Origin: Hormoscilla sp.
Lineage (GTDB): Bacteria > Cyanobacteriota > Cyanobacteriia > Cyanobacteriales > Desertifilaceae
Reading direction: 5' to 3'
Assembly: GCA_051439505.1 (NCBI GenBank)
Contig: JBFRWI010000180.1
Coordinates: forward strand, 1 to 61,079
Length of the DNA stretch: 61,079 bases
A program made the position numbers and the translations under genes. Numbering within the stretch: position 1 is the first letter of the stretch; each line of letters begins with the position of its first letter. Below are positions 27,980-38,084 of the stretch, in pieces. The notes below the pieces were generated by a model. That model was not told the DNA's origin. It was given only the letters and a program-made list of their open reading frames with translations, and ran no database searches.

Positions 27980-30478
27980 CTACCCGATCGCACCTTGGGA
28001 AGTAGCAGATGGCAGGTCGAATTGCTCTAAGAATTCGATGACTGCCTCGGGAGTTATCCGGATGGCATCTGGGGCTAAAGCACCGCTAATCATCGACTCG
28101 CCTCTAATATCAAACATATAGCGTATCATCAGAATGCCGTCAGTGATCGCATCGGCGTTGCCATTACCATCCACATCCAGCATGATATCACGGGCTTCGT
28201 CCAGGTAGTTGGCGATCGCATCTGGACTGTTCCGGTTCGCCCCTGATGCGATCGCGCCTTCCGTGAGAGCATCATCTCTAATGTCGAATAGATAACGTAA
28301 AGCCAGAACACCGTCAGTGAGAGCATCTACTTCTCCATTATCGTCTATATCTAGAGTAAAGCCAGATGGTTCGGTATTTCCAGAAAATTCAAAAGCCCCA
28401 ATATCGGCGATCGCCGTCCCATCATCATCTCCATCTAGGGGACGAGAAATACCCCGTTGATCGGTAGCGGGTGCGCCAGCATTCACCCCGCCATCAATAG
28501 CAGGACTTTCTGGTAGCAGGGGATGTACGAGGACGCCATTAATCTCTTGCAGGTCTCCTAAGAGGGGGTCTGCCTGGGTAACCCCCGGCACCACCAGAGT
28601 ATCATTGGGATTGAGTTCGTTAGATTGGATGTTTCCCCCGCCATCGCTGAATTGAGAACCCGTGTGATGGTTAAGGTTAAACCCCTCGATGCCTTGATTA
28701 TAGGCGAGAATGGTATTTGTCAGGGTTGTCGAGAAGTTACCACCCCAAAATCCTCCCCCCTGAAACCCGGCTGTATTGTTGGCAATGGTCGTGTTAATAA
28801 TGTTGTTGACACCATTGCCCAGGGCGATCGCCCCTCCCAAACCGCCCACATTACCAATTGACTCTGCCGTGTTGCCCGAGAAAGTGCTGTTAGTAATCTC
28901 GGTTGGGGAATTTTCTCCTATCCACAAGCCACCTCCTTGACCCTGGGCCGTATTATTGGCAAAGGTACTGTTGTCAATCTTAAAATCTGCACCACCGCCG
29001 TGCCGCAGTCCCCCACCTAATCCGAATCCTTGGGTATCTGGTTGTATCTGATTATTGATAATGGTGCTATTGGCGATCGTCACTTCGTCTCCAGGGTAAG
29101 CGAACAGAAACATTCCTCCCCCTTGTCCTGCCCCTTGATTGCCCTCAAATCGACTATTGCTAATATCAATGCGCCCAGTTGTGCTAGCATTGGTTGTTGC
29201 GGAAGCCCCATCCGTGTAAATGGCACCGCCGTAACCAAATGTATTAGGAGAGAACGCACCACCTGCTGTTGAGTCGTTATCGATGAAAGTCGAGTTTTCG
29301 ACAGTCAGTCCCCCCAACAGGGTGTTAATTGCCCCGCCATTAATCCCCCTGTTATCGATAAATATGCTGTCTGTGACTGTGGTAGTGCTTTCGCTTTTGA
29401 CTGCGATCGCCCCTCCGCCCCTTCCGCTTTTTCCAAACTCCCCGTTCCCAGATGAACTATTCCCCTCAAATAAGGAATCGATCGCGGTATTATTACTGCG
29501 AAAACCGGCAAATATTGCCCCGCCGCCCACCCCGTCTGCCACGTTATTGAGAAACTTGCTATTGACTACAGTTAAAGTCGTACCGCTTGCGGTTTTAATG
29601 CCTCCCCCTGCGCCCGCTTCTCCCGTGCCATTGCTTTTCCCATTGGCAACGATCGTATTCTCTATCGTCACAGTTACGGGATTAAAATTGGCATCGTTGG
29701 TAATCTCAAATACCCGATGGGCGTTATTGCCACTGATGGTGACATTGGGGTTATTATCACCATCAACCAGACCGACAATAGTCAGGTCTTTATCGATTAC
29801 CAGTTGACTGTTCAGGGTAATGGTTCCCCCCGCCAGACTGGGGTCCAATATTATGCTGTCTCCCGGGTTTGCAAGGGCGATCGCCTCCCTCAAACTTCCG
29901 GCACCAGAGTCATTAATATTGGTAACGTTAATGGTTGCTAACACTCCCCGGTAAGCTGCCATTACCTCTGGACCTAAAGCTATCGGCGTTGTTACTTCAC
30001 CTGCGGTAAACTCTAAGTTCCAGTTACTTACCGTAGCAGCATTTCCTACCAAGTTAGCCGATGCCGCGATCGCCTTACCAGTCAAGTTTCTCAGTTCCTT
30101 GACAAATTCCGCTCCTCGTGCGTAGGCTAGTTGGCAGCCGTAAAGCAGGATAGCAGCTTTCTGGGACAATGCCTGCTGCCACACTTGCCAATGTTCGAGG
30201 TATTTTCCCAGACTGTCCGTGCTGAGGACGACACCGGGCAAGTATAGGCGATCGGGACTACCATGGGCAAAGATATGAACAGCATCAATTTCCCCAAATG
30301 CCGCCGCCTGCTGAATAGATGTAGTAATTTGGTCGAGCCCATTCCTGGCGCGGTCTAATACGTCAACCTTTACCCCTTCACGAACACCTGCGACTAGGGA
30401 TTGGTAGTCCTCTATACTGGGGTCAATAAAGACCAGGGTTTGAGAACGTGAATTCAGTGAAGTCTGGAACTCGATCAT
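27980..30478 (-). CDS. DUF4347 plus beta-helix (GGAI repeats, choice-of-anchor Q-like) secreted protein with a C-terminal dockerin-like duplicated motif
   Basis: LVFID..HIFAHGSP..ILLYGC, DSGAGSLREAI, F..N...GGGAI repeats, SPAIDGG..TDQRG..DIGAFE, and LD.D.NG..DA.TDG....RY.F twice. Confidence 0.85.
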   Translation of the reverse strand: MIEFQTSLNSRSQTLVFIDPSIEDYQSLVAGVREGVKVDVLDRARNGLDQITTSIQQAAAFGEIDAVHIFAHGSPDRLYLPGVVLSTDSLGKYLEHWQVWQQALSQKAAILLYGCQLAYARGAEFVKELRNLTGKAIAASANLVGNAATVSNWNLEFTAGEVTTPIALGPEVMAAYRGVLATINVTNINDSGAGSLREAIALANPGDSIILDPSLAGGTITLNSQLVIDKDLTIVGLVDGDNNPNVTISGNNAHRVFEITNDANFNPVTVTIENTIVANGKSNGTGEAGAGGGIKTASGTTLTVVNSKFLNNVADGVGGGAIFAGFRSNNTAIDSLFEGNSSSGNGEFGKSGRGGGAIAVKSESTTTVTDSIFIDNRGINGGAINTLLGGLTVENSTFIDNDSTAGGAFSPNTFGYGGAIYTDGASATTNASTTGRIDISNSRFEGNQGAGQGGGMFLFAYPGDEVTIANSTIINNQIQPDTQGFGLGGGLRHGGGADFKIDNSTFANNTAQGQGGGLWIGENSPTEITNSTFSGNTAESIGNVGGLGGAIALGNGVNNIINTTIANNTAGFQGGGFWGGNFSTTLTNTILAYNQGIEGFNLNHHTGSQFSDGGGNIQSNELNPNDTLVVPGVTQADPLLGDLQEINGVLVHPLLPESPAIDGGVNAGAPATDQRGISRPLDGDDDGTAIADIGAFEFSGNTEPSGFTLDIDDNGEVDALTDGVLALRYLFDIRDDALTEGAIASGANRNSPDAIANYLDEARDIMLDVDGNGNADAITDGILMIRYMFDIRGESMISGALAPDAIRITPEAVIEFLEQFDLPSATSQGAIG

Positions 30479-30690
30479 GTATAATTCTCCCAAGTTATGG
30501 CTCGCAGATAGCAACATTTTTTCTGAGAGCCTGTCAGACTCAATGATAACCCGCCCACTGCCTATCAAAAAACCAGATTTTTACCGAAAACCGGGGTTCT
30601 GAGTTCCTGGTAAATATGCCCACAACCAAGTGATATGTACCACGATCACCCTAGTTGCCAAGGGTTTCACCAATTACCAATCACCCCCTT

Positions 30691-33600
30691 TTATAGGATA
30701 AGATTCGAGTCAGTAGTAGCCTGAGGAATAGAGGCACCGCCGACTTGGTTAATACCATCCATCAGCCAGATATCGTTCCTGCCAGTATTCTGCCGCCAGA
30801 GGATGTCAGCTTTACCGTCGGCGTCGAAGTCACTCACCCCCTGCACCGACCAAGAGGTGTCAACTCTGGGGAGGGAACCGCCGCTAATACGGGTAGTGCC
30901 ATCCATCAGCCAAATAGCATTATTACCAGTGCTGTGTCGCCAGAAGATGTCATCCTTGCCGTCACCATTGAAGTCCCCAGTCGATTCTACCTCCCAAGTG
31001 GTCGTACCAATGGGGCTGTCGCCGATTTTTTCATCACCATTCATCAGCCACATGGTATTAACATTTGTCAGAGAATTGCGCCAGATGATGTCGGCTTTGC
31101 TATCACCGTCGAAGTCACCAGTTCCTTCCACCTGCCAGTTACTGCCTGCATTGCCGATCGGGTTATTGCTGAGGCGGTTACTGCCATCCATCAGCCAGAT
31201 GGAATTTTCACCCGTAAGAGGGTCGCGCCAGAAAATATCGCCCTTGCCATCGCCGTTAAAGTCATCCGTAGCTGCCACCTGCCAATTACTATCAGCATTG
31301 GGGATGGAGTTGTCACTGATGCGGTTGGGACCATCCATCAACCAGATGGAATTTTCTCCCGTAGAACTGTGACGCCATAGTATATCCGATTTACCATCAC
31401 CGTCAAAGTCAATAATCCCCTGCACCTGTAAGTTATTATCGGCAAAAGGAATATCGCTGTCACTCAGTTGAGTAGTGCCATCCATCAGCCAGATGGCATT
31501 ATTCCCACTGCTGTCCCGCAGTAAAATGTCGGCTTTACCGTCGCCGTTGAAGTCAGGGCGAACATGGGAAGACTTTTCGTCAGCTTCAGCTTCATAAGCG
31601 CCGATGTCTGTGTTAGCATCCCGGGTTACACCTCGCTGGTCGGTGGCGGGTGCCCCAGCATTTACCCCTGCATCAATAGCAGGACTTCCTGGCAGCAGCG
31701 GATGAACCAGGACGCCGTTAATCTCTTGCAACGGAGCAAGTTTCGGGTCGGCGATAGTAACCCCTGCCGCGATCTTCAGAAAGTCATTATCATTGAGTTC
31801 TGAGAACTGGATATTCCCCCCGCCATCGGTGAACTCAGCGTTAGTTTGATGGTAACGATTCTTCTGGGCTACATTATAAGCGGCAATGCTATTGACAATA
31901 GTAACATTTGACCCCCCACGGAAAAAACCACCAGCAACAGACTCGGCATAGTTATTAGCAACTGTCGTATTGATTATATCTATGTCGGTAATTGTGTTCA
32001 AAGTCAATCCACCGCCCCAACCCTGTTCGCCATCAACTGTGGTCGTAGCCCTGTTCCCCGAAAATGTACTGTTGCTGATGGTGGCTTCGCTCACATTTTT
32101 TGACACAAACAATCCCCCACCCTGACCGCCTTCTGCCACATTGTTCGCAAAGGTTGTGTTAGAGATTTCTCCTCTCCATCCTCTGCTCAACATCAGACCA
32201 CCACCATTTGATGACCCAATGGAATTTTGAATCACCCTGTTATTGATGATGGTATTGTTTTCCACTATTATGGTGTCACCCCCATAAGCCTCCAGACGCA
32301 TTGCCCCACCCTGTCCCGCAGCTATATTGTCCTCAAAGTGACTGTTGCTAATGCGAATTGTACCAGAGGTGCTGCCATCATATTTTGCGGAAGCGCCATC
32401 GGTGTAAATCGCACCTCCAAAACCCTGCTGTGTCGCATAATCTACTCCACCCACCGTCGTGTCATTCCCAATAAAGACCGAGTTGTCTACTGTCAGTTCT
32501 CCCAACAGGGTATTTATTGCACCGCCACTTATCCCATTATTATTTCTAAATGTGCTTCCATTCACCGCAGTCGTGCTTTCACTTTTGACCGCGATCGCCC
32601 CACCACCACGTTCACTTTTTTCAGTTGCCGAATGGTTTGCTAAGGATGTATTACCCTCGAAGTGGGAATCGATGACTGTATTGGTGCTGCGAAAACCGGC
32701 AAATATTGCCCCGCCGCCTTCTCCGTTGGCGTAGTTGTTCTCAAAGAAGGTCTTTTCTATTGTTAATGTCGTGCCACTTGCCGTGCGAAGTCCTCCTCCC
32801 GATCCATCCTCATCTACCCCTGTTACTCGACCATCAGCGATCGTCAGATTCCGCAAGGTTAAATATATCGATTTCAGCGACCAATTTGTCGCCTGCACGT
32901 CAATTACCCGTGATGCTTCATTCCCGCTGATAGTTAAACCGGGTGCATCGACCGCATCAATGATTATGTTTTTGTCAATGATTTCTAATTGACCGCTAGT
33001 GAGAGTAATGGTCTGACTGGCCAGACTGGGGTCAAATTCAATTGTATCTCCATCGGCGGCCAGGGCGATCGCCTCCCTTAAGGAACCCGGTCCCGAGTCA
33101 TTAATATTGGTGACAATGACGGTACCTAACAGACCCCCGTAACCTGCCATTGTCTCGGGCTTAAATGCTGGAGCGGCGGCGATCGGACCTGTGGTATAGT
33201 CTAAATTCCAGGAACCTCCGAGAGCAGCATTTCCTGTATAATCAACCGCAGCGGCGATCGCCTTTCCAGTCAACTTTCTCAGTTCCTTGACAAATTCCGA
33301 TCCTCGTGCATATGCTACGCAGCAGCCGTAAAGCAAGATAGAGGCGCGCTGGGACAGTGCGTTTTTCCAGACCTGCAATTGAGAGTGGTACTTATGAAGA
33401 GTATCCTCACTGATAACAGCATTGCCTAGGTATAGGCAACCTGGACTGCCGTGAGATACAATATGTATTGCGTCAATCTTGTCCGATTGCTTTTCAACGA
33501 TCGCCGTAATTTGGTCCATGCCATCGCGATCGCTATCTAAAACATACGCTTCTACGCTATCGTAGATCCCGGCTGCTAGATATTCGCAGTCATCTACATT

Positions 33601-33693
33601 GGCATCAATGAAGACAAGGGTTTTAGATTTATTCAAGCTTGCAGCGCAAGTTGAACGGGCATCGAAGTGAAGCCTGTCGAAAGTAGTATTCAT
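30691..33693 (-). CDS. DUF4347 plus beta-helix secreted protein with C-terminal FG-GAP/VCBS repeats
   Basis: Same N-terminal architecture as the neighbour, with six DFNGDGK.DI.WR...N.IWLMDG repeats. The track's 5' extension is IS607 right-end DNA, so ATG 33693 is used. Confidence 0.85.
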   Translation of the reverse strand: MNTTFDRLHFDARSTCAASLNKSKTLVFIDANVDDCEYLAAGIYDSVEAYVLDSDRDGMDQITAIVEKQSDKIDAIHIVSHGSPGCLYLGNAVISEDTLHKYHSQLQVWKNALSQRASILLYGCCVAYARGSEFVKELRKLTGKAIAAAVDYTGNAALGGSWNLDYTTGPIAAAPAFKPETMAGYGGLLGTVIVTNINDSGPGSLREAIALAADGDTIEFDPSLASQTITLTSGQLEIIDKNIIIDAVDAPGLTISGNEASRVIDVQATNWSLKSIYLTLRNLTIADGRVTGVDEDGSGGGLRTASGTTLTIEKTFFENNYANGEGGGAIFAGFRSTNTVIDSHFEGNTSLANHSATEKSERGGGAIAVKSESTTAVNGSTFRNNNGISGGAINTLLGELTVDNSVFIGNDTTVGGVDYATQQGFGGAIYTDGASAKYDGSTSGTIRISNSHFEDNIAAGQGGAMRLEAYGGDTIIVENNTIINNRVIQNSIGSSNGGGLMLSRGWRGEISNTTFANNVAEGGQGGGLFVSKNVSEATISNSTFSGNRATTTVDGEQGWGGGLTLNTITDIDIINTTVANNYAESVAGGFFRGGSNVTIVNSIAAYNVAQKNRYHQTNAEFTDGGGNIQFSELNDNDFLKIAAGVTIADPKLAPLQEINGVLVHPLLPGSPAIDAGVNAGAPATDQRGVTRDANTDIGAYEAEADEKSSHVRPDFNGDGKADILLRDSSGNNAIWLMDGTTQLSDSDIPFADNNLQVQGIIDFDGDGKSDILWRHSSTGENSIWLMDGPNRISDNSIPNADSNWQVAATDDFNGDGKGDIFWRDPLTGENSIWLMDGSNRLSNNPIGNAGSNWQVEGTGDFDGDSKADIIWRNSLTNVNTMWLMNGDEKIGDSPIGTTTWEVESTGDFNGDGKDDIFWRHSTGNNAIWLMDGTTRISGGSLPRVDTSWSVQGVSDFDADGKADILWRQNTGRNDIWLMDGINQVGGASIPQATTDSNLIL

Positions 33694-33713
33694 AGGTTCT
33701 AATCCAGGTATAG

Positions 33714-33870
33714 CGGTGCTGGTAGATACCACCGTTACATAAGACTTACCCAAAGTTACCCATCGCTTGACATCTTTGGAACTCACTTCCTGCTTCACTC
33801 TGGTAGTGCTGGCACTGACCAGTCCACAGGCTAACACCACCTAACTGGCGGCTTTTTCTAAATTAATCGA
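33714..33870 (-). ncRNA. Predicted TnpB reRNA/omega-RNA (right-end scaffold plus flanking guide)
   Basis: Structured sequence (GCCTG...CTGGT..ACCAG..GAAGCAGG) runs from the tnpB 3' end to the element end. Boundaries are approximate. Confidence 0.55.
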
Positions 33871-35015
33871 GGCATTCAGATCTCGATCTATCTCTAAACC
33901 ACAATTGTCACACTGGAAGACTCTTTCCGATAACGGCATGGAGTCCTTTTTTGTCCCGCACTGAGAACATGTCTTAGTTGAGGGATACCATTGATCAACT
34001 ACAACTAAGATCGTTCCATACAACTCGCACTTATACTCCAACTGTCGTCTGAATTCATAGAATCCCATGTCACCGATAGCTTTAGCCAGTTTGTGATTAG
34101 CCATCATTCCCGACACATTCAAATCTTCTATTCCTATCCGACTGTGGTTTTTGGCCAAATAGGTTGTGATCTTGTGTAATGTATCTTTACGAATGTTAGC
34201 TATTTTCCGATGTAGGCGAGCTATTTTAACTTGCGCTTTTTTCCAATTGGCTGAACCGATTTTTTTATGACGATTCTGCCATTGCAACCGTGAGAGTTGT
34301 TTCTCGTATTTACGATAGCTTTTAGCACCCTCAAAGACTTCACCGGTTGATAGAACTGCCAGGGCCTTTACACCTAAATCTACCCCAACTACAGGATGGG
34401 CCTTTTGCTGAGTAACTGGCTCAACTTCCATCTTAAAACTGACGAACCATCTATCAGCCGTCCTGGATATAGTCACGGACTTGGGGACTCGACAGACTGG
34501 CAGCCGCTCATATGTTCTTAGCCAACCAATTACTGGAACTCTAATTCCGAAATGGTCAAGTTCGATCTTTCCATCTAGAGTGAAGCTATCAGCACGACCT
34601 TTTTTCTTAAACCTGGGCGGTTTACTGACCTTTTTGAATGCCCGCCTCCAAGCTTCAGCTAGCTGTCTCAAAGCATATTGTGGAGCACATTTGCTTACTT
34701 CGTAGTACCAAGGATACTCAGGTTTGACCAGGGCTACCAGCCATTTATGCAAATCTATCGCTGTCGGAACTTTTATTTTCTCCTCTGGATTGTCCCGATT
34801 GTGGTCAAGTATCTGTTTTGTTAAACCCAATCCCCAATTCCAAGCATGACGAGCTACTCCGCAATGTTTAGCCAATGCCGTTCGCTGTTGGTTGTTCAGT
34901 TTTAATTCTGTTTTAAAGCCTAAGAGCATACATCCTCCACAGCTTTTGCCACACGCTTCGCTATAAATTGTGCTGGTGTACTGATATAAACTACACCACA
35001 ATCCTTACCCATTCC
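33732..35015 (-). mobile_element. Non-autonomous IS607-family element (tnpA deleted, tnpB intact)
   Basis: The right end reads ...TGAAGCAGGAA...TGGGTAACTTTGGGTAAGTCTTATGTAACGG. The left end has a similar TGGGTAAG motif after a GG. A short VAKAVEDVCS* relic overlaps the tnpB start. Confidence 0.72.
33841..34929 (-). CDS. tnpB: RNA-guided endonuclease TnpB
   Basis: N-terminal HTH (ARHAWNWGL), RuvC VGVDLG / IGIEDL / DRDLNA, and zinc finger CSQC...CDNC. Confidence 0.95.
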   Translation of the reverse strand: MLLGFKTELKLNNQQRTALAKHCGVARHAWNWGLGLTKQILDHNRDNPEEKIKVPTAIDLHKWLVALVKPEYPWYYEVSKCAPQYALRQLAEAWRRAFKKVSKPPRFKKKGRADSFTLDGKIELDHFGIRVPVIGWLRTYERLPVCRVPKSVTISRTADRWFVSFKMEVEPVTQQKAHPVVGVDLGVKALAVLSTGEVFEGAKSYRKYEKQLSRLQWQNRHKKIGSANWKKAQVKIARLHRKIANIRKDTLHKITTYLAKNHSRIGIEDLNVSGMMANHKLAKAIGDMGFYEFRRQLEYKCELYGTILVVVDQWYPSTKTCSQCGTKKDSMPLSERVFQCDNCGLEIDRDLNASINLEKAAS

Positions 35016-35210
35016 GGAAATAATGTCCAAAGCGGTCCAATGATTTAGTTACAGTTTCATGCCCTGCTATAAAAACTCTAATCGAGGTTTATGAGGTAGA
35101 TTGCAGCTTTATCGTCCTGAGTCACCTATGAGTCAAGATAGCAACATATTTTGGCCCCTGACATCGGTGAAAATCCGCATTTTTCCGGCGCAACCTCATC
35201 AAACTCCAAT

Positions 35211-35708
35211 TTAGGCGCAATCACAAATCCGGATATCGATTGACTTCTTAGCCGGAGTTACTTTTTGAAGAGGATTTTCTGCGGTTTCTCTGGTACTAGC
35301 CCCCAGCAGGCGATCGCGAATATTCCCCAGTTTGGCTTGATTATTAACAGGTAAACGAGGTTTGGGCAGATCTAGATTCGGCCACTCACGTAAATCATTA
35401 CAGGGACAGCACTGAGGTGGCCGGCCCGCAGTCGGGAGGGGGAGAGGCAACTCACAACGACAACACATTATCAGTTCCCACTCCGGCGTCAACAGTTTAG
35501 CAATAGTTTCGTCAGTCCCCTCCAGGTAGCAGTCTCCCGAGTCAACTGACATAATTTTCTGCCAGCAGGCTTCAAACTCCTGACTATAGCCATTGCCTTT
35601 TACCACTTGTTGAGGCAGCAAAGCTTCGTTCCCATTACGAATCATTACCTTTTTGCCCAGCTGTAGCCAATAGGCAAGATATTGTTTTACTTGCGTTTGA
35701 GATGCCAT
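35211..35708 (-). CDS. Conserved cyanobacterial hypothetical protein
   Basis: VKQYLAYWLQLGKK, DCYLEGT.ETI..LL, Cys-rich CCRC/CCPC and WPN. Confidence 0.8.
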   Translation of the reverse strand: MASQTQVKQYLAYWLQLGKKVMIRNGNEALLPQQVVKGNGYSQEFEACWQKIMSVDSGDCYLEGTDETIAKLLTPEWELIMCCRCELPLPLPTAGRPPQCCPCNDLREWPNLDLPKPRLPVNNQAKLGNIRDRLLGASTRETAENPLQKVTPAKKSIDIRICDCA

Positions 35709-35817
35709 ATTATCTGATCATTGCCTATTGCTAATTGAAGATTAGGCTAGTCCCTCTATTGTAGCGAGGTATCACTGCCTTTGGGGATCGCAAATATAAA
35801 TTAATGTAACGTTATGG

Positions 35818-36378
35818 TCAGCTCTCCCCTGACAAGGGAGTACCGAGCACACTCAGGTTAAGGACATGGCCAGCAGTTACCAGGTAAACTGGATGGGCTA
35901 CCGCAGCGATGTGGCGCACCAGAACCCCGAGGCGATCGCGAAACAGCCGACCAATAGGATAAGCTGGAACTAGGCCCCAACCTGTCTCTTCAGCCACCAA
36001 AATCACATCAGCAGCAGTTCGCTGCAAACTGGAAAGCATTGCCTGCTGGGTCTGATACCAGCTATCATCATCCTGGTCCAATAAATTTGCCAGCCAAGTT
36101 CCCGCCGAATCAATCAACAGACAGCTATCCGCCCCATATAGCTCAATTGTAGCTGCCAACTCGATCGGTACTTCCAGAGTTTCCCAGCTAGCTGGACGCC
36201 GAGCACGGTGTATTATAATCCGATTATGCCACTCCCGATCGCTCGGATCGGTAGTAGCTGTTGCTACATAAACCACCTGTTTGTCCGTACCTGCGGCCAG
36301 GGTCTCAGCCCATTCGCTCTTACCGGACCGGGCCGGTCCCGTCACCAGGATTAATTGCCTGGCCGATCGATATGCCAT
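35818..36378 (-). CDS. cobU: Adenosylcobinamide kinase/adenosylcobinamide-phosphate guanylyltransferase
   Basis: TGPARSGKSEWAE, YVATA, HRARRP..W and EETGWG..GRLFRDRLG. Confidence 0.93.
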   Translation of the reverse strand: MAYRSARQLILVTGPARSGKSEWAETLAAGTDKQVVYVATATTDPSDREWHNRIIIHRARRPASWETLEVPIELAATIELYGADSCLLIDSAGTWLANLLDQDDDSWYQTQQAMLSSLQRTAADVILVAEETGWGLVPAYPIGRLFRDRLGVLVRHIAAVAHPVYLVTAGHVLNLSVLGTPLSGES

Positions 36379-36448
36379 GTAATTTTGGATGTATTTCTGG
36401 GCAAGATCTAATATAACAGTAAAGGAATCGGAATTTAACAATAGCAGA

Positions 36449-37075
36449 ATGAAACTAGAATTGCAGCGGATTGAGGCTATAGTGGATAAAGTTATAGCAG
36501 ATCGAAACAATAATGTAAAAAGGCCAGCTATTGAGAAAAATCAGACCTACTCATTTGACTTACTACCCAAAAACCCCCCGCCCCCAAGCAAAGCGACAAT
36601 CCCTCCCATACAGCCAAGGTCGCAAAAGAACCAGTCGGTCACGCCAGCACTGCCCAAGCTGAAAACTCCGAGATTGAGCACTCATCAAAACGCAGCTAAC
36701 CCAGATCTGGCAATCAATCTGTTGCAGGAAATTCAGGGGGTAGTCGCTAGCTGGCAGCTCTCTTTGCAGCAAGTGCATGCAGAAATTCAAGACCTGTACC
36801 AAGAAGGACCGATAGTGGATGGGTGGTTAGAGTCAAATCCGCCAGGCGGAGGTCTCCCGGGAGAAGCAGCGGGCTATCGCCTGTGCAGACTAGAGTCCAA
36901 CGGCAAGTTGTGGTTCTGTCCCTGTCCGCCAGACCAGGTGGCTACAGTATCGGTGGCGATCGCCCGATATCACCAGCTGCGACAACTGCTCGGTCGCAAG
37001 CAAGAACTGGAATCTCGCCTGACCCAATTATCTGAAGCCCTGATAATTTTGCACGGGCAACTGCGTGAAGCATAG
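36449..37075 (+). CDS. Conserved cyanobacterial hypothetical protein
   Basis: ANPDLA, EGPIVDGWLES, GYRLC and VSVAIARY. Confidence 0.75.
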   Translation: MKLELQRIEAIVDKVIADRNNNVKRPAIEKNQTYSFDLLPKNPPPPSKATIPPIQPRSQKNQSVTPALPKLKTPRLSTHQNAANPDLAINLLQEIQGVVASWQLSLQQVHAEIQDLYQEGPIVDGWLESNPPGGGLPGEAAGYRLCRLESNGKLWFCPCPPDQVATVSVAIARYHQLRQLLGRKQELESRLTQLSEALIILHGQLREA

Positions 37076-37084
37076 GGAAGAATT

Positions 37085-38020
37085 ATGACTGAGCCGAAAA
37101 TTTCCGCAATTATCTGTACTCACAATCGGGATAATTATCTGGGCGCAGCCATAGATAGCTTACTGGCCCAGGATTTTGCCGATTTTGAAGTCCTGGTGGT
37201 AGATAATGGATCGAGCGATCGCACCCGTGAAGTGGTAGAAGGGAGACTATCGGATCCGCGCCTCCGCTATGTCTTTGAGCCAGTCCTGGGTCTGTCGGTA
37301 GCGCGGAACAGGGGCGCAGGGGAGACAACGGGGGAGATTATTACCTATCTGGACGACGATGCCGTTGCCAGTCCCAGCTGGTTGAGCATTCTAACCCGTG
37401 CCTATCAGCAGAATGAAAAGCTAGCGATCGCGGGGGGCAAAGTTACGTTAATATGGCCAGAGGGCATTACCCCTCCGGCCTGGCTGACTCCAGAACTAGC
37501 GGGCAATCTAGGATTATACGACCTTGGCTCCGAACTGGTCTACATCAAGAATCCAGGTCTGACTCCCAGAGGCTTAAACTACTCTATCCGCCGGTCATTT
37601 TTAGATGAAATCGGTGGTTTCGACCCCAATTTGGGCAGAATCGGGAAAAAATTGTTATCTAATGAAGAACTGTATACAACCGAGCTTGCCCTGAAGAGGG
37701 GGTGGCAAGTAGCATATGTCCCTGATGCCGTGGTTGCTCATAATGTGGCCCCAGAGCGCATCAAGCGCAGCTGGTTCCTGAATCGAGGCTGGTGGCAAGG
37801 CATCAGCGAGTGCTATCGGGAACAGCTAGTTGGTAAAGCTGGTAGGGCCCAGCTGGGGCGAGGTGGGGAACGTCTGGTGCGAGGACTGTACAAGGCCCTG
37901 AAATATTTCGGTGACCCGGCCCAGCGGTTTGATAGTCTGGTATATGCTTACGGTCAAATAGGTTATTTGGGTGCAGCGATTCGAGGAATGCTGCTAGGAG
38001 CGAGTAGAATAAAAAAATAA
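37085..38020 (+). CDS. Family 2 glycosyltransferase
   Basis: IICTHNR, VVDNGSSD, GLSVARNRG and YLDDD. Confidence 0.92.
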   Translation: MTEPKISAIICTHNRDNYLGAAIDSLLAQDFADFEVLVVDNGSSDRTREVVEGRLSDPRLRYVFEPVLGLSVARNRGAGETTGEIITYLDDDAVASPSWLSILTRAYQQNEKLAIAGGKVTLIWPEGITPPAWLTPELAGNLGLYDLGSELVYIKNPGLTPRGLNYSIRRSFLDEIGGFDPNLGRIGKKLLSNEELYTTELALKRGWQVAYVPDAVVAHNVAPERIKRSWFLNRGWWQGISECYREQLVGKAGRAQLGRGGERLVRGLYKALKYFGDPAQRFDSLVYAYGQIGYLGAAIRGMLLGASRIKK

Positions 38021-38084
38021 GCATTGGTCAGGAAATATTCCTAAAGTTCCATTTACAATAGTTCTATAAACTCTCTTTGCCATT

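Noticed and set aside
30745..31380. Plus-strand ORFs of 211 and 189 aa
   Set aside because: Antisense shadows of the FG-GAP repeat region.
33694..33840. N-terminal extension of the 1049-aa ORF
   Set aside because: It is mostly IS607 right-end/reRNA sequence that happens to be in frame.
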